Part shown: in pieces, positions 51,815 to 61,004 of the stretch
Numbering within the stretch: the first letter of the stretch is position 1
Layout: each line of letters begins with the position of its first letter
NCBI GenBank assembly: GCA_910587075.1
Contig: CAJUKE010000011.1
Location: 5,071-69,070 of the forward strand
DNA: 64,000 nucleotides
Source: an uncultured Muribaculaceae bacterium
GTDB lineage: Bacteria > Bacteroidota > Bacteroidia > Bacteroidales > Muribaculaceae
Direction: 5' to 3'
Notes under the pieces: model-generated
Seen by the model: the letters and a program-made list of their open reading frames with translations, nothing else
Told to the model about the DNA's origin: nothing
Databases searched by the model: none
Made by a program: the position numbers and the translations under genes

Positions 51815-52035
51815 CAAGGTCGGAGACCTTGCATATTATTAGCCCCACCATAAGCCGCGGTAAGCGGCGGTTGGTGGGGTTATTCATCGTCCTGAAAATC
51901 AAGGTCGGAGACCTTGCACAGGTGTATATCGTGCAAGATCTCCGACCTTGCCATAATGCGACACCACAGCACCCCACCAACCGCCGCTGGCGCGGCTTAT
52001 GGTGGGGCTAATAATATGCAAGGTCTCCGACCTTG
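51815..52035. repeat. Nested REP/REPIN-like palindrome with four copies of a 19-bp hairpin unit
   Basis: CAAGGTCGGAGACCTTGCA at 51815 and 51900; reverse complements at 51932 (1 mismatch) and 52017. Confidence 0.9.
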
Positions 52036-52114
52036 ATTGTAAATTCAAAAATCGGGGCGTCTAACTATCAGTCAGGCAAGGGCATAACATCAGTCAAACA
52101 GGGGTGGTTAACCG

Positions 52115-55100
52115 TCAGTCAAGCAAGGGGTCGTCACCTTCCGAACCCTCGGGGTAGTCGGGAAGCACTACGGGGGCCGGGGTCGGCTTTACCGCGGGGA
52201 TTGGCGCAACCTCAGGGATTACCGCGGGTGTTGGGGCGGGCTTCGCTACAGGCGCGGGCGACTCGGGCTTCGGCGCAGGCGCGGGCATGTCAGTGGGTAC
52301 GGGTGCCGCGGGTGCGGGCACTGGCTCGGCCTCAGGCTGAGGTTCAGGTGCGGGTTCAACCTCGGGTTGGAGTTCAGGCTCAGGCGTTGACTCCGCCTCG
52401 GGTTCGGGTTGGGGTTCCGGCTCCGCAGCGGGTTCTTCGGGCTGCGCTGAGGGCTGTTCTTCGGGCTGCTCCGAGGGGAGGGGCGACGGCTCGTAGAGGT
52501 CGGGAGGGAGAACGCGCTGCTCGGTGTCGGAGTAGGTTTTGTCGCGCATATATTCGAAATACTCGTCGAAGGAGCCGCCGGAGCGCAGCAGGGCGTCGAA
52601 GTTGGCCTGGGAGATGATTACGGGTCGCACCTCGGGGGGGAGCTTGAAGTTGCGGTTGTCGTTGAGCACCGATATATAGTGGTTCATCTCGCGGATGTTC
52701 GCGAAGCCTTTGATAATCAGCAGCCCGAGCCGACCGAAATTCATCTGTTCGAGGTCGAAGTCGCGCACGGCGAACGAGGTGAAGTTGTGGCGCGCTATAT
52801 CGTAAAGCAGGGCGTTGGGCGAAATCACGTCGGTCGGATAGAGGAGCACCAACAGCTGGGGTGCCTCGGCATTGACCTCGAACCGGGGCACGGAGTCGGT
52901 GGCCGAAGCCGCCGAGTCGGCGCTCAGGCGCGTTTCCCACACCATGCCGCGCATATTCCTGGCGCCCTGGCGCAGGTCGCGCCCCTGGGCGAGACCTTTG
53001 AGGTAGGCCGAGGCGTAGGGGGTGAGGTCGGTGTCGGGGTAGCGCTCCAGCATCTCGCGGAGGGTGGTCTTGAACCCTTCCTGGTTCTTGTCGGAGACGC
53101 ATGCCAGGGCTTCGAGGAACATGAATTTGGGCATCAGCTTGCTCAGGGGGTAGTCGGTCGACACCGTGCGGTATACGGCGTGCACCTCGCGGTTGCGGTT
53201 GTCGAGATACGCCTCCAGGGCCTGGTCGTAGAGCTGCTTCTCGGCGGCCTCCATCCGGCGCAGCGAGCCGATGTAGTCGGGGTCTCGCATAGCCATCCCA
53301 TACTTCGTGTCGGGGAATTCGGCGAGTATCAGCTGTCGGTAGCGCTCGGCGCTGGCGGTGTCGCCGGCGCGGGTGTACATCAGGTAGAGGTTATAATATG
53401 TGTCGAGGCGGTATATGTTGTCGGGGTAACGGGTCATTAGGGTCTCGAACTCCCCCTCGGCGGCGGGGAAGTCCTCCATCTTGTCCTTCAGGATCACACC
53501 CATATTGTAGAGACCCTCCTGTATGATGTCGTTGGCGGTGAGCCGTTCCTCGTCGGTTTTCGGAATCTGCTTGAGGTAGTATTCCGGGTAGTGGGGGTCG
53601 TCGGCCTGCTTGGCCTTCTCGGCATCCTCCGGCTCGGCGGCGCCATTCTCCCCCCCGGCGGTCTCCTCGCCGTTCTCCTCCTTACCCTCCTCGGCATCGG
53701 CGGAGGCGGAGTCGAAGTCGTTGAAGTCGAAGGTCGATTTATTGCGGCGGCGCCAGTTGTCCTCCAGCTTGCGGTTGCCCCATCGGCGCTGGAACTCGGT
53801 TTTGCCGGCGTTCTTGGTCATAGTGTTGTAGAAGTACCATGAGTCGTCGCCGGTGTTCATAGTGAAGTTCTGGGTGTTGGTGCTCTGGAGCTCGTTGCCC
53901 TGGTTCTTTGCCAGGAATTCCTCGCGGGCGGCGGCCTCGGCCTCCTCCTTCTCCTTCTTCTTCAGCTCGTCGATGATTTTGTTGACCACGGCGAGCTGCT
54001 GCTCGGGGGTCATGGCCGAGAGGCGCAGCAGGGAGTCCTGGAGCTCGACGTTCTGCGAGTACACGGCCAGCTCGTCGAGCACGTCGCTGCGGCGCTTCAA
54101 CACCCTATAGTCGGGGTAGGTGTCGGGAATCAGCGGCATGGCCTCGGAGTAGCAGGGCTGGGCCTTGGAGTACTGGCGCAGTCCGTAGTAGAGCCCTCCG
54201 AGGGTGAGCTGGGCGAGCGCCTTGTCGATGCCCGAGCGGGTCGACTTCTCGACGGCCAGCTCGTAGTTCTCGATGGCCTTCAGCGTGTCGGCCCTCGACA
54301 GGTAGAGGTTGCCTATGGCGTAGTATATCTGGTCGAGGTACTCCTTGTTGCGGTCGTAGCGGGTCATGCGGCGGAGCGCCTTCACCTCGGGTGCGATGTC
54401 GGCCCCGGAAAACACCTCGCTCTGCTTGATGCGCGCGTTGAATTTCGTGCGGTAGGTGGCCGCGCCGCTGCTTCCGGCTTTTTTGAAAGCCTCGTAGGCG
54501 GCTGTTTTGTCGCCCACCAGGGCATAGAGCTGCCCCAAGAGGAAGTTCAGCCTCACTTTCTGCTGCCGCCCGGCCATCTTGGCGGCCTCGGCCACGCGGG
54601 GTATCGCTTTCTGATAGTCGCCCGAATGGATGAGGAAGTCGGCCCACGCCAGGGCGTTGAGCTCTCGGAGTTTTTTGGAGGTGAGCTGGTCCTCCTTTAC
54701 GCGGGTAAGGATGGTCTCGGCCTCAAAGAGCCAGCCGAGCGCGGCGTAGGAGCGCGCCTCCCAGAGCTTGGCCTCGGTTACGGTCTCGGGGAGCCACACG
54801 AAGTGCTTCGATATGTAGAAAAAAGTGGATGCGGCTCCGAGGAAGTCGCCGTTGAGAAACTGCGAGCGCCCCATCATGAGCCACGAGTTGTGGAGAAACG
54901 GATTATACTCGTCGCGCTTCATCCAGGCCTTGTATTTGGGGTCGTTCCCCTTCCCGGCCTGTTTTTTGGGCTTCTTCTTTATGGAGCGGAGCTGGATGGC
55001 CTTCTGCGCCTTCTCGATCGAGCGGTCGAAGTTGCCCGAGGGCTGGGGCGCTTTCTCGTCGGCCTTTGCGTTGGCGGGGTGCACCGGCAGCAGACGCGAG

Positions 55101-55315
55101 TAGTCGTCCTCGTAGGTGAGCTCCATCTCCTCAAGGGTCTCCTTGAAGTGCTTGTCGCCGTTGTAATGTATATTGTAGCGGGTGATGAACTCCTGATACT
55201 TGCGGGTGGCGGCGTTGTTGCGCTTGTTGGAACACGACGAAAGCGCTCCGGCTGCCGCGACGAGCAGGAGGAGCAACAAGGGCCATACGCGGCGGAGTTT
55301 GCGGAAGTGTCCCAT
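52115..55315 (-). CDS. porW: T9SS periplasmic TPR lipoprotein PorW/SprE
   Basis: Lipobox LSSC; TRYNIHYNG, IEKAQKAIQLRSI, WYFYN..GKTEFQRRWGNRKLEDNWRR; many TPRs; Pro/Glu-rich tail. Confidence 0.82.
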   Translation of the reverse strand: MGHFRKLRRVWPLLLLLLVAAAGALSSCSNKRNNAATRKYQEFITRYNIHYNGDKHFKETLEEMELTYEDDYSRLLPVHPANAKADEKAPQPSGNFDRSIEKAQKAIQLRSIKKKPKKQAGKGNDPKYKAWMKRDEYNPFLHNSWLMMGRSQFLNGDFLGAASTFFYISKHFVWLPETVTEAKLWEARSYAALGWLFEAETILTRVKEDQLTSKKLRELNALAWADFLIHSGDYQKAIPRVAEAAKMAGRQQKVRLNFLLGQLYALVGDKTAAYEAFKKAGSSGAATYRTKFNARIKQSEVFSGADIAPEVKALRRMTRYDRNKEYLDQIYYAIGNLYLSRADTLKAIENYELAVEKSTRSGIDKALAQLTLGGLYYGLRQYSKAQPCYSEAMPLIPDTYPDYRVLKRRSDVLDELAVYSQNVELQDSLLRLSAMTPEQQLAVVNKIIDELKKKEKEEAEAAAREEFLAKNQGNELQSTNTQNFTMNTGDDSWYFYNTMTKNAGKTEFQRRWGNRKLEDNWRRRNKSTFDFNDFDSASADAEEGKEENGEETAGGENGAAEPEDAEKAKQADDPHYPEYYLKQIPKTDEERLTANDIIQEGLYNMGVILKDKMEDFPAAEGEFETLMTRYPDNIYRLDTYYNLYLMYTRAGDTASAERYRQLILAEFPDTKYGMAMRDPDYIGSLRRMEAAEKQLYDQALEAYLDNRNREVHAVYRTVSTDYPLSKLMPKFMFLEALACVSDKNQEGFKTTLREMLERYPDTDLTPYASAYLKGLAQGRDLRQGARNMRGMVWETRLSADSAASATDSVPRFEVNAEAPQLLVLLYPTDVISPNALLYDIARHNFTSFAVRDFDLEQMNFGRLGLLIIKGFANIREMNHYISVLNDNRNFKLPPEVRPVIISQANFDALLRSGGSFDEYFEYMRDKTYSDTEQRVLPPDLYEPSPLPSEQPEEQPSAQPEEPAAEPEPQPEPEAESTPEPELQPEVEPAPEPQPEAEPVPAPAAPVPTDMPAPAPKPESPAPVAKPAPTPAVIPEVAPIPAVKPTPAPVVLPDYPEGSEGDDPLLD

Positions 55316-55344
55316 CACCTATATATAACGCCCCCGCCGCGGGT

Positions 55345-55917
55345 TTATTGCCCCAGGGCGCCGACCCCGGCTCCCGGGCGCATCAGTCGGTACAGCTCAG
55401 CCTCCGAGGGGAGCCGCTCGGCAAACGAAGCCTCGATGCGCGAGTCGACACCTATTATATATACGCGCGGGATGAGGGACGAGGCGAAAAGGCGGTAAAC
55501 CCGGTCGTCGCCCGCGGCCGAATATGGGAGCGTGAGCCCGTTCGCACGCCAGTAGGCCGCCACCGACTCCGCGCCTTCGCCGCGCGAAACGCATATGACC
55601 TCCGGCACGCCGCCGACTGAGGCGTCGCCATCGGACGACAGGCGGTCGGCCACGCACTGTATCTCGGGGAGCTCGCGGCGGCAGTCCTCGCACCCCGTGT
55701 TGAAGAACACCAGCATCACGCGCCTCCCGGCGAAGTCGGCGCTCGACAGCACCGAACCGTCGGACATCGCGAGCTCGAACCGCGGGCAACGGTCGCCGAC
55801 GCCGAGCGACGGCTCCGACGCGGGGTCGTCGTTGACGCACCCCGCCAACAGGGCGGCTACGAACAGCCACAGGAGCGCCCAGACGGGCTTCGACCCTACA
55901 GAGTATGAATAACACAT
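55345..55917 (-). CDS. TlpA/peroxiredoxin-like thioredoxin-fold lipoprotein
   Basis: LLAGC lipobox, LVFFNTGCEDCRRELP (CxxC), IPRVYII; start uncertain. Confidence 0.8.
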   Translation of the reverse strand: MCYSYSVGSKPVWALLWLFVAALLAGCVNDDPASEPSLGVGDRCPRFELAMSDGSVLSSADFAGRRVMLVFFNTGCEDCRRELPEIQCVADRLSSDGDASVGGVPEVICVSRGEGAESVAAYWRANGLTLPYSAAGDDRVYRLFASSLIPRVYIIGVDSRIEASFAERLPSEAELYRLMRPGAGVGALGQ

Positions 55918-56265
55918 GTTAATAATATTCTCGCGGCAGATTGAAATTTTACAATTTCGAGAGGCCAGCCCGGTTTAACGCAAAAAGGGATAATTTTAAC
56001 CCATATTTACCAAAAACAGGCATCCGCCTCGCGAAGCGGGAAAGCGTCCGGAGAGCGATCCCATACGCGAAGTTAACCATCGCCGCCGAGTAAAGCAAAC
56101 CGCCCCGCCCGCGAAACTCGAATAATACGGAAAAACGCCCCCAGAAGCCCCTGAGAGGGGGAATATTCATTCTGTATACGTTAAAATTGCGTTAAAATTC
56201 GTTAAATGGGGGGGGGGTAAAAGGCGCCATCGCTTGCACAGTTCGAAAATAATGAGTTCCTTTGC

Positions 56266-56345
56266 ATGTGTGTTTTTCATAGTATTAGATTAAGATAAAG
56301 GTTTAAAGGAAATGGATCGTCGTGAGACGCTCCATTTTTTCGTTT
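56266..56345 (+). ncRNA. Candidate small regulatory RNA
   Basis: TTG..TTCCTTTG promoter-like motifs, AU-rich 5' part, terminator AAATGGA.CGTC-GTGA-GACG.TCCATTTTTT; no credible ORF. Confidence 0.55.
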
Positions 56346-56570
56346 ATTTCACCATTATCCTTACACTTTCTCAAACACTACACCCCCGCGCCTTCCACCA
56401 CGCGCCCAGCTCCACTCCACCACCCGCTTCCGCGAAGCCACCGGGCGGAGCGAACGCTAGCGAGCGGCCTCCACTGCCCCTGCCGCCGCGCCGAGTGCGG
56501 AACCGCCTCAAAAACCTCAAAAACAGAGGCGAAAGTGAGCGAAACACTTGCGGGAACCGGGGAAAATTCG

Positions 56571-56578
56571 TAACTTTG
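56571..56578 (+). promoter_or_regulatory. -7 promoter element for the rpsF operon
   Basis: TAACTTTG, with CTTG about 20 nt upstream. Confidence 0.65.
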
Positions 56579-56649
56579 CGGGCGTTTTGAGGCCGCTTTG
56601 GCCGCAAACGCCCAAATAACACTAAGTTACATAACTTTCAGTTAACAAA

Positions 56650-57030
56650 ATGAACCACTACGAAACCGTTTTCATTTTAACTCCCGTTTTGTCTGAAGCT
56701 CAGATGAAGGAAGCGGTAGAAAAGTTCACCAAAGTGCTGACCGACAACGGCGCCACCATCGTGAACGAGGAACTGTGGGGCCTGCGCAAGCTCGCTTACC
56801 CCATCGAGAAAAAGTCGACCGGCTTCTACACCCTGGTAGAATTCGACGGCGAGCCCACCATCGTCAAGAAAATCGAAACTGCTTTCCGCCGCGACGAGCG
56901 CGTAATCCGTTTCCTGGTTTTCCGCAACGACAAGTACGCCGCTGAATACGCCGCCAAGCGCCGCTCGCTCCGCGCCAACAAGCCCCAGGAAGCAGCCGCT
57001 CCCGCCGAGGCCGAAGCCAAGGAGGCTTAA
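56650..57030 (+). CDS. rpsF: 30S ribosomal protein S6
   Basis: [31 protein letters not shown]. Confidence 0.98.
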   Translation: MNHYETVFILTPVLSEAQMKEAVEKFTKVLTDNGATIVNEELWGLRKLAYPIEKKSTGFYTLVEFDGEPTIVKKIETAFRRDERVIRFLVFRNDKYAAEYAAKRRSLRANKPQEAAAPAEAEAKEA

Positions 57031-57060
57031 CCCAGTTTCTAACCCGTTCACTTTAAGAAA

Positions 57061-57330
57061 ATGGCACAGACACAGTCAGAAATCCGTTACCTCACCCCCC
57101 TGTCGGTTGACGTAAAGAAGAAAAAATACTGCCGCTTCAAACGCAGCGGTATCAAATACATCGATTACAAGGATCCCGAGTTCCTCAAGAAGTTCCTCAA
57201 CGAGCAGGGCAAAATCCTCCCCCGCCGCATCACCGGCACCTCGCTGAAGTTCCAGCGCCGCGTGGCCCAGGCCGTTAAGCGCGCGCGCCACCTGGCCCTC
57301 CTGCCCTTCGTAACCGACCTTATGAAATAA
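57061..57330 (+). CDS. rpsR: 30S ribosomal protein S18
   Basis: [30 protein letters not shown]. Confidence 0.98.
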   Translation: MAQTQSEIRYLTPLSVDVKKKKYCRFKRSGIKYIDYKDPEFLKKFLNEQGKILPRRITGTSLKFQRRVAQAVKRARHLALLPFVTDLMK

Positions 57331-57379
57331 GGCGCGGCCGCCAATCTTAAGCCACCCACTACTTTAAGACTTTGAGAAA

Positions 57380-57823
57380 ATGAAAATCATACTGAAAGAA
57401 AACATCCACGGCCTCGGCTACAAGGACGACGTGGTTGAAGTAAAGGACGGTTACGGTCGCAACTACCTCATCCCCCAGGGGAAAGCCGTTATCGCGAACG
57501 CATCCTCCCTCAAGCAGCTCCAGGAAGTACAGCGCCAGCGCGCCCACAAGCTCGCCGAGCTCAAGGCAGCCGCTGAGGCTACCGCCGCTTCCCTGGCCGA
57601 CGTAGAACTCACCATCGGCGCCAAGGCTTCGGCCACCGGCACCATCTTCGGCTCCGTGAACAACATCCAGATCGCCGAAGCACTCGAAAAGCTCGGCCAC
57701 GAGATCGACCGCAAGGCTATCGAACTCAAGGAAGCTGTCAAGGAACTGGGCAAGTACACCGCCAAAATCAACCTCCACAAAGAGGTTTCGGTGGAAATCC
57801 CCTTCGAGGTTGTCGCCGAATAA
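57380..57823 (+). CDS. rplI: 50S ribosomal protein L9
   Basis: MKIILKE..LG..VEVKDGYGRNYLIPQG, IFGSV. Confidence 0.98.
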   Translation: MKIILKENIHGLGYKDDVVEVKDGYGRNYLIPQGKAVIANASSLKQLQEVQRQRAHKLAELKAAAEATAASLADVELTIGAKASATGTIFGSVNNIQIAEALEKLGHEIDRKAIELKEAVKELGKYTAKINLHKEVSVEIPFEVVAE

Positions 57824-57975
57824 GGCGCGACCCCGCACGAAAAGACTCCAAAATACCCCAACGTCCCTCCCATTCTTTACCCCACCCGCGGGAGGGACAC
57901 CCCAATCCCAAATTGGTGACAGGCGACTCGCGTGAGCAAGGCGCCTGTTTTTTTATACCCCTACCGACACGGCGC

Positions 57976-58007
57976 AAAAAAGAGTCTGTTAGAAAAGAAC
58001 AGACTCT
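57976..58007 (-). terminator. Terminator hairpin between convergent rplI and the yaaA-like gene
   Basis: AGAGTCTGTT / AACAGACTCT with an A run on the left. Confidence 0.6.
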
Positions 58008-58044
58008 CGCTTATAAACTGTTTAAAATGTCGTTTATGGCGGCT

Positions 58045-58827
58045 TCAGTCGGCAACGGCGTGGAAGAGGAGCGTGCCGGGCTTCTCTCCCGGTCCGACGC
58101 CGACAAATCCGTCACCCTCCACGGCATGCAGACCTTCGACCGAGCCGATACCCTCACGGACGATTTGTCGCAGAAGGCGCCCGCGGAGCGTTTTCAGCCG
58201 CCCGGCGTTGGGGGTGCGCTCGGCACCTCCGGGAAGCAGTTCGCGGAAATCGGCCTTCCACACCCCGGCGACCGCGGCCACGCGGCGCCAGTCAACGCAC
58301 ATTGAGGCATCGCCGGGGAGCAGGTCCAGCACCTCGGTGTGGCCGCCGCGGCGCAAATCTGCCAGTAGCGCGTCGGTAACCATCCTGCGCCAATAGGAGG
58401 CGAACGCGCCGCCGTCGGGCGCGAGCCGGGTAGTGAAGTCAAAACGGTACGGTTTCACGAAATCGCCAGGACGCAGCCATCCGTAGAGCGACGATATGAC
58501 GCGCGTGTTTTCATCAAGCCGCCCCCTCGCGTCAGCCGCAAGCGCCTTGTAATCGAGCGCCTTGAACACCACGCCGGTGAATGCCTCTATGGCGCGGGAG
58601 CCACGCCCCTTGCAGGGAAAATCATAAATCATCGAGTGGAGACCGCGGGCAAGCGCCGCGCTGATTTTCACATCGCGGGCAAGTTCATCGACCGAAGCGC
58701 CGCGCAACGACTCCATAATGGCGTCAGCCTCCGCCCCGTACAGCGGGGCGTGAAGGGCGTATTCACCTTCGGGCACCGCGCCGTCGCACGGGCCCATTGT
58801 TTTCGACTCGGCTATCAGCGCAAGCAT
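58045..58827 (-). CDS. YaaA (DUF328) family peroxide-stress DNA-binding protein
   Basis: AESKTM, AIEAFTGVVFKALD, ISSLYGWLRPGD..PYRFD, KTLRGRLLR; start reset to MLALI. Confidence 0.85.
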   Translation of the reverse strand: MLALIAESKTMGPCDGAVPEGEYALHAPLYGAEADAIMESLRGASVDELARDVKISAALARGLHSMIYDFPCKGRGSRAIEAFTGVVFKALDYKALAADARGRLDENTRVISSLYGWLRPGDFVKPYRFDFTTRLAPDGGAFASYWRRMVTDALLADLRRGGHTEVLDLLPGDASMCVDWRRVAAVAGVWKADFRELLPGGAERTPNAGRLKTLRGRLLRQIVREGIGSVEGLHAVEGDGFVGVGPGEKPGTLLFHAVAD

Positions 58828-58882
58828 ACTGGCGGGTATTTTCCCACAGTAAGGCTGCGGCACACCGTCAGGCACCGGCCAT

Positions 58883-59770
58883 TCATTTGGGAAGGGAGTC
58901 AAAGAGGGTGATCAGGCGTGCGAGATCCTCCTCGTTGGCGAACTGGAACGTGATGCGCCCCTTGCCGGAGCGGTCGCAGGAGAAGCGCACGGGGGTCTGG
59001 AACGCCGAGGAGAGGTGCTTTTTCAGCAGGTCGAAATCGTGGCTCGACGGCGCCGCGGGGCGCTTCGCGGCGCCATCCTTGGCAGCGGGAGCCTCCCCGG
59101 CGGCCTCCTTGGCCAACTCCTCGACGCGGCGCACCGAGAGCCCCTCGGCGAGAATCTGCTTGTAGATGCGCAACTGAGCGTGAGGGTCGTCGATAGCCAG
59201 CAGGGCGCGGGCGTGACCCATGTCAATGCGGCGGTCGCGGAGCCCGAGCTGCACCTCGGCGGGGAGGCGCAGCAGGCGCAGGAAGTTGGCTATGGTGGCG
59301 CGTTTTTTGCCGACGCGCTCCCCGAGCCGCTCCTGGGTGAGCGAATACTGCTCGATAAGCTTTTTGAACGTCAGGGCGATTTCAATCGCGTTGAGATCCT
59401 CGCGCTGGATGTTCTCGATGAGCGCCATCTCCGTAAGCTCGCTGTCGGAAGCCTGGCGTATGTAGGCGGGCACCGACGAGAGCCCGGCACGCAGGGCGGC
59501 GCGGTAACGCCGCTCTCCGGCGATAATCTGGTAGGAGTCGGGACCCGTTTTGCGCAGCGACAGGGGCTGGATTATGCCCAGCTCGCGTATCGAAGCGGCG
59601 AGCTCGTCAAGCGCCTCCTCGTCGAAGGTCGTGCGGGGCTGGTCGGGGTTGGGCGAAATCTGCTCCAGAAGGATGTCGTTGATGGCCGACGCGCCGCGCG
59701 CGGGGGTGTCGTCCATCGAAATCAGCGAGTCAAGGCCGCGGCCGAGCGCGCTTCTGTGGTTTACTGCCAT
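58883..59770 (-). CDS. parB: Chromosome partitioning protein ParB
   Basis: ALGRGLDSL, PNPDQPR, IIAGERRYRA, ENIQREDLN, HTH, GHARALL. Confidence 0.96.
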   Translation of the reverse strand: MAVNHRSALGRGLDSLISMDDTPARGASAINDILLEQISPNPDQPRTTFDEEALDELAASIRELGIIQPLSLRKTGPDSYQIIAGERRYRAALRAGLSSVPAYIRQASDSELTEMALIENIQREDLNAIEIALTFKKLIEQYSLTQERLGERVGKKRATIANFLRLLRLPAEVQLGLRDRRIDMGHARALLAIDDPHAQLRIYKQILAEGLSVRRVEELAKEAAGEAPAAKDGAAKRPAAPSSHDFDLLKKHLSSAFQTPVRFSCDRSGKGRITFQFANEEDLARLITLFDSLPK

Positions 59771-59783
59771 CGGTTATGGTGGG

Positions 59784-60563
59784 TTACTTGTGAGAGTGAG
59801 GTTTGTTCTTGGCTATAAGCTCCTTGGCGAGCATGGTGTGCGACGTGGCGCCGCGGCTCTCAGGGTCGTAGAGTATGGCGGGGAGCCCGTGCGACGGAGC
59901 CTCAGACAGACGGATGTTGCGGGGAATAACGGTGTTGAACACCATCTGCCCGAAATGGCTCTTCAGCTCCTCGAAAATCTGGTTGGCGAGGCGCAGGCGG
60001 GCGTCGTACATCGTCAGAAGGAACCCCTCGATTTCGAGCGATGGGTTGAGCTTCGACTTGATGATGCGGATCGTGTTGAGCAGCTTCGAAATCCCCTCCA
60101 GGGCGAAATATTCGGCCTGCACGGGGATGATCACCGAGTCGGCCGCCGTGAGGGCGTTCACAGTGATCAGGCCCAGCGAGGGGGAGCAGTCGATCAGCAC
60201 GAAGTCGTATTTGGGAGCCACGCTCTCAAGCAGGCGGCGGAGCACCTTTTCGCGGTCGGGCTTCTGGACCAGCTCAAGCTCAGCCCCGGCCAGGTCGATG
60301 CGCGACCCCACGAGCTGGAGCCCGTCGACACAGGTATCGACCTGCGAGCCGTCCATCGGATAGTCATCGACCAGGCATTCGTAAATCGACGATTTCATAG
60401 TCCGGGGGTCGATACCGTAGCCCGAAGTAGCGTTGGCCTGCGGGTCGGCGTCGATGATGAGCACCTTCTTACCCTCCAGCGCCAGAGAGGCGGCGAGATT
60501 GATGGTGGTGGTGGTTTTCCCCACACCCCCTTTTTGATTGGCTATGGCTATTATCTTTCCCAT
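59784..60563 (-). CDS. parA: Chromosome partitioning ATPase ParA/Soj
   Basis: NQKGGVGKTTT, DADPQAN, IDCSPSLG, IPRNIRLSEAPSHG. Confidence 0.96.
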   Translation of the reverse strand: MGKIIAIANQKGGVGKTTTTINLAASLALEGKKVLIIDADPQANATSGYGIDPRTMKSSIYECLVDDYPMDGSQVDTCVDGLQLVGSRIDLAGAELELVQKPDREKVLRRLLESVAPKYDFVLIDCSPSLGLITVNALTAADSVIIPVQAEYFALEGISKLLNTIRIIKSKLNPSLEIEGFLLTMYDARLRLANQIFEELKSHFGQMVFNTVIPRNIRLSEAPSHGLPAILYDPESRGATSHTMLAKELIAKNKPHSHK

Positions 60564-60588
60564 ATCAGAGTCTAAAGGTTTGATACCG

Positions 60589-60596
60589 CAAAGTTA
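60589..60596 (-). promoter_or_regulatory. -7 promoter element for parAB
   Basis: TAACTTTG on the minus strand. Confidence 0.55.
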
Positions 60597-60783
60597 ACAC
60601 CTTAAACAATATAGCGCCCCGCGGCCGACGCCGTTTTAAACATTTTTGTTGATAAATACCCCCTATTGTTAATAACGCTTCAACCATCCGCCGGGGTTAA
60701 CAAAAGTTAAAGCGCTCCGAAAAATTGTCTAAACGGCCCGAAACCCCTACCTTTGCACCTCGGTAAAATGCACCATCTGCCAT

Positions 60784-60856
60784 CGGGGTGTAGCACAGTT
60801 GGCAGCGCGCCACGTTCGGGACGTGGAGGTCGGAAGTTCGAGTCTTCTCACCCCGA
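60784..60856 (+). tRNA. tRNA-Pro (anticodon CGG)
   Basis: CGGGGTG acceptor pairing with CACCCCG; anticodon arm CCACG-TTCGGGA-CGTGG; GTTCGAGTC T loop; TACCTTTG promoter at 60748; CCA not encoded. Confidence 0.95.
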
Positions 60857-60868
60857 CATTCTACCGCC

Positions 60869-60911
60869 GTCGGCGGCTTCAGTCATTCGCTGAAGCCGCC
60901 GACTTCCTTTT
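60869..60911 (+). terminator. Terminator after tRNA-Pro
   Basis: GTCGGCGGCTTCAG / CTGAAGCCGCCGAC followed by TTCCTTTT. Confidence 0.75.
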
Positions 60912-61004
60912 ACCCCGACGCCGCGCGCCGATTAACCGCGGACCACTATAGTTCTCCGAACCAATTATCGGGATAATTGGCGCAAAATCGCTACTTTCGC
61001 GTTT

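Noticed and set aside
51739..52035. Possible CRISPR array
   Set aside because: The repeats are contiguous or inverted, with no regular unique spacers and no cas genes.
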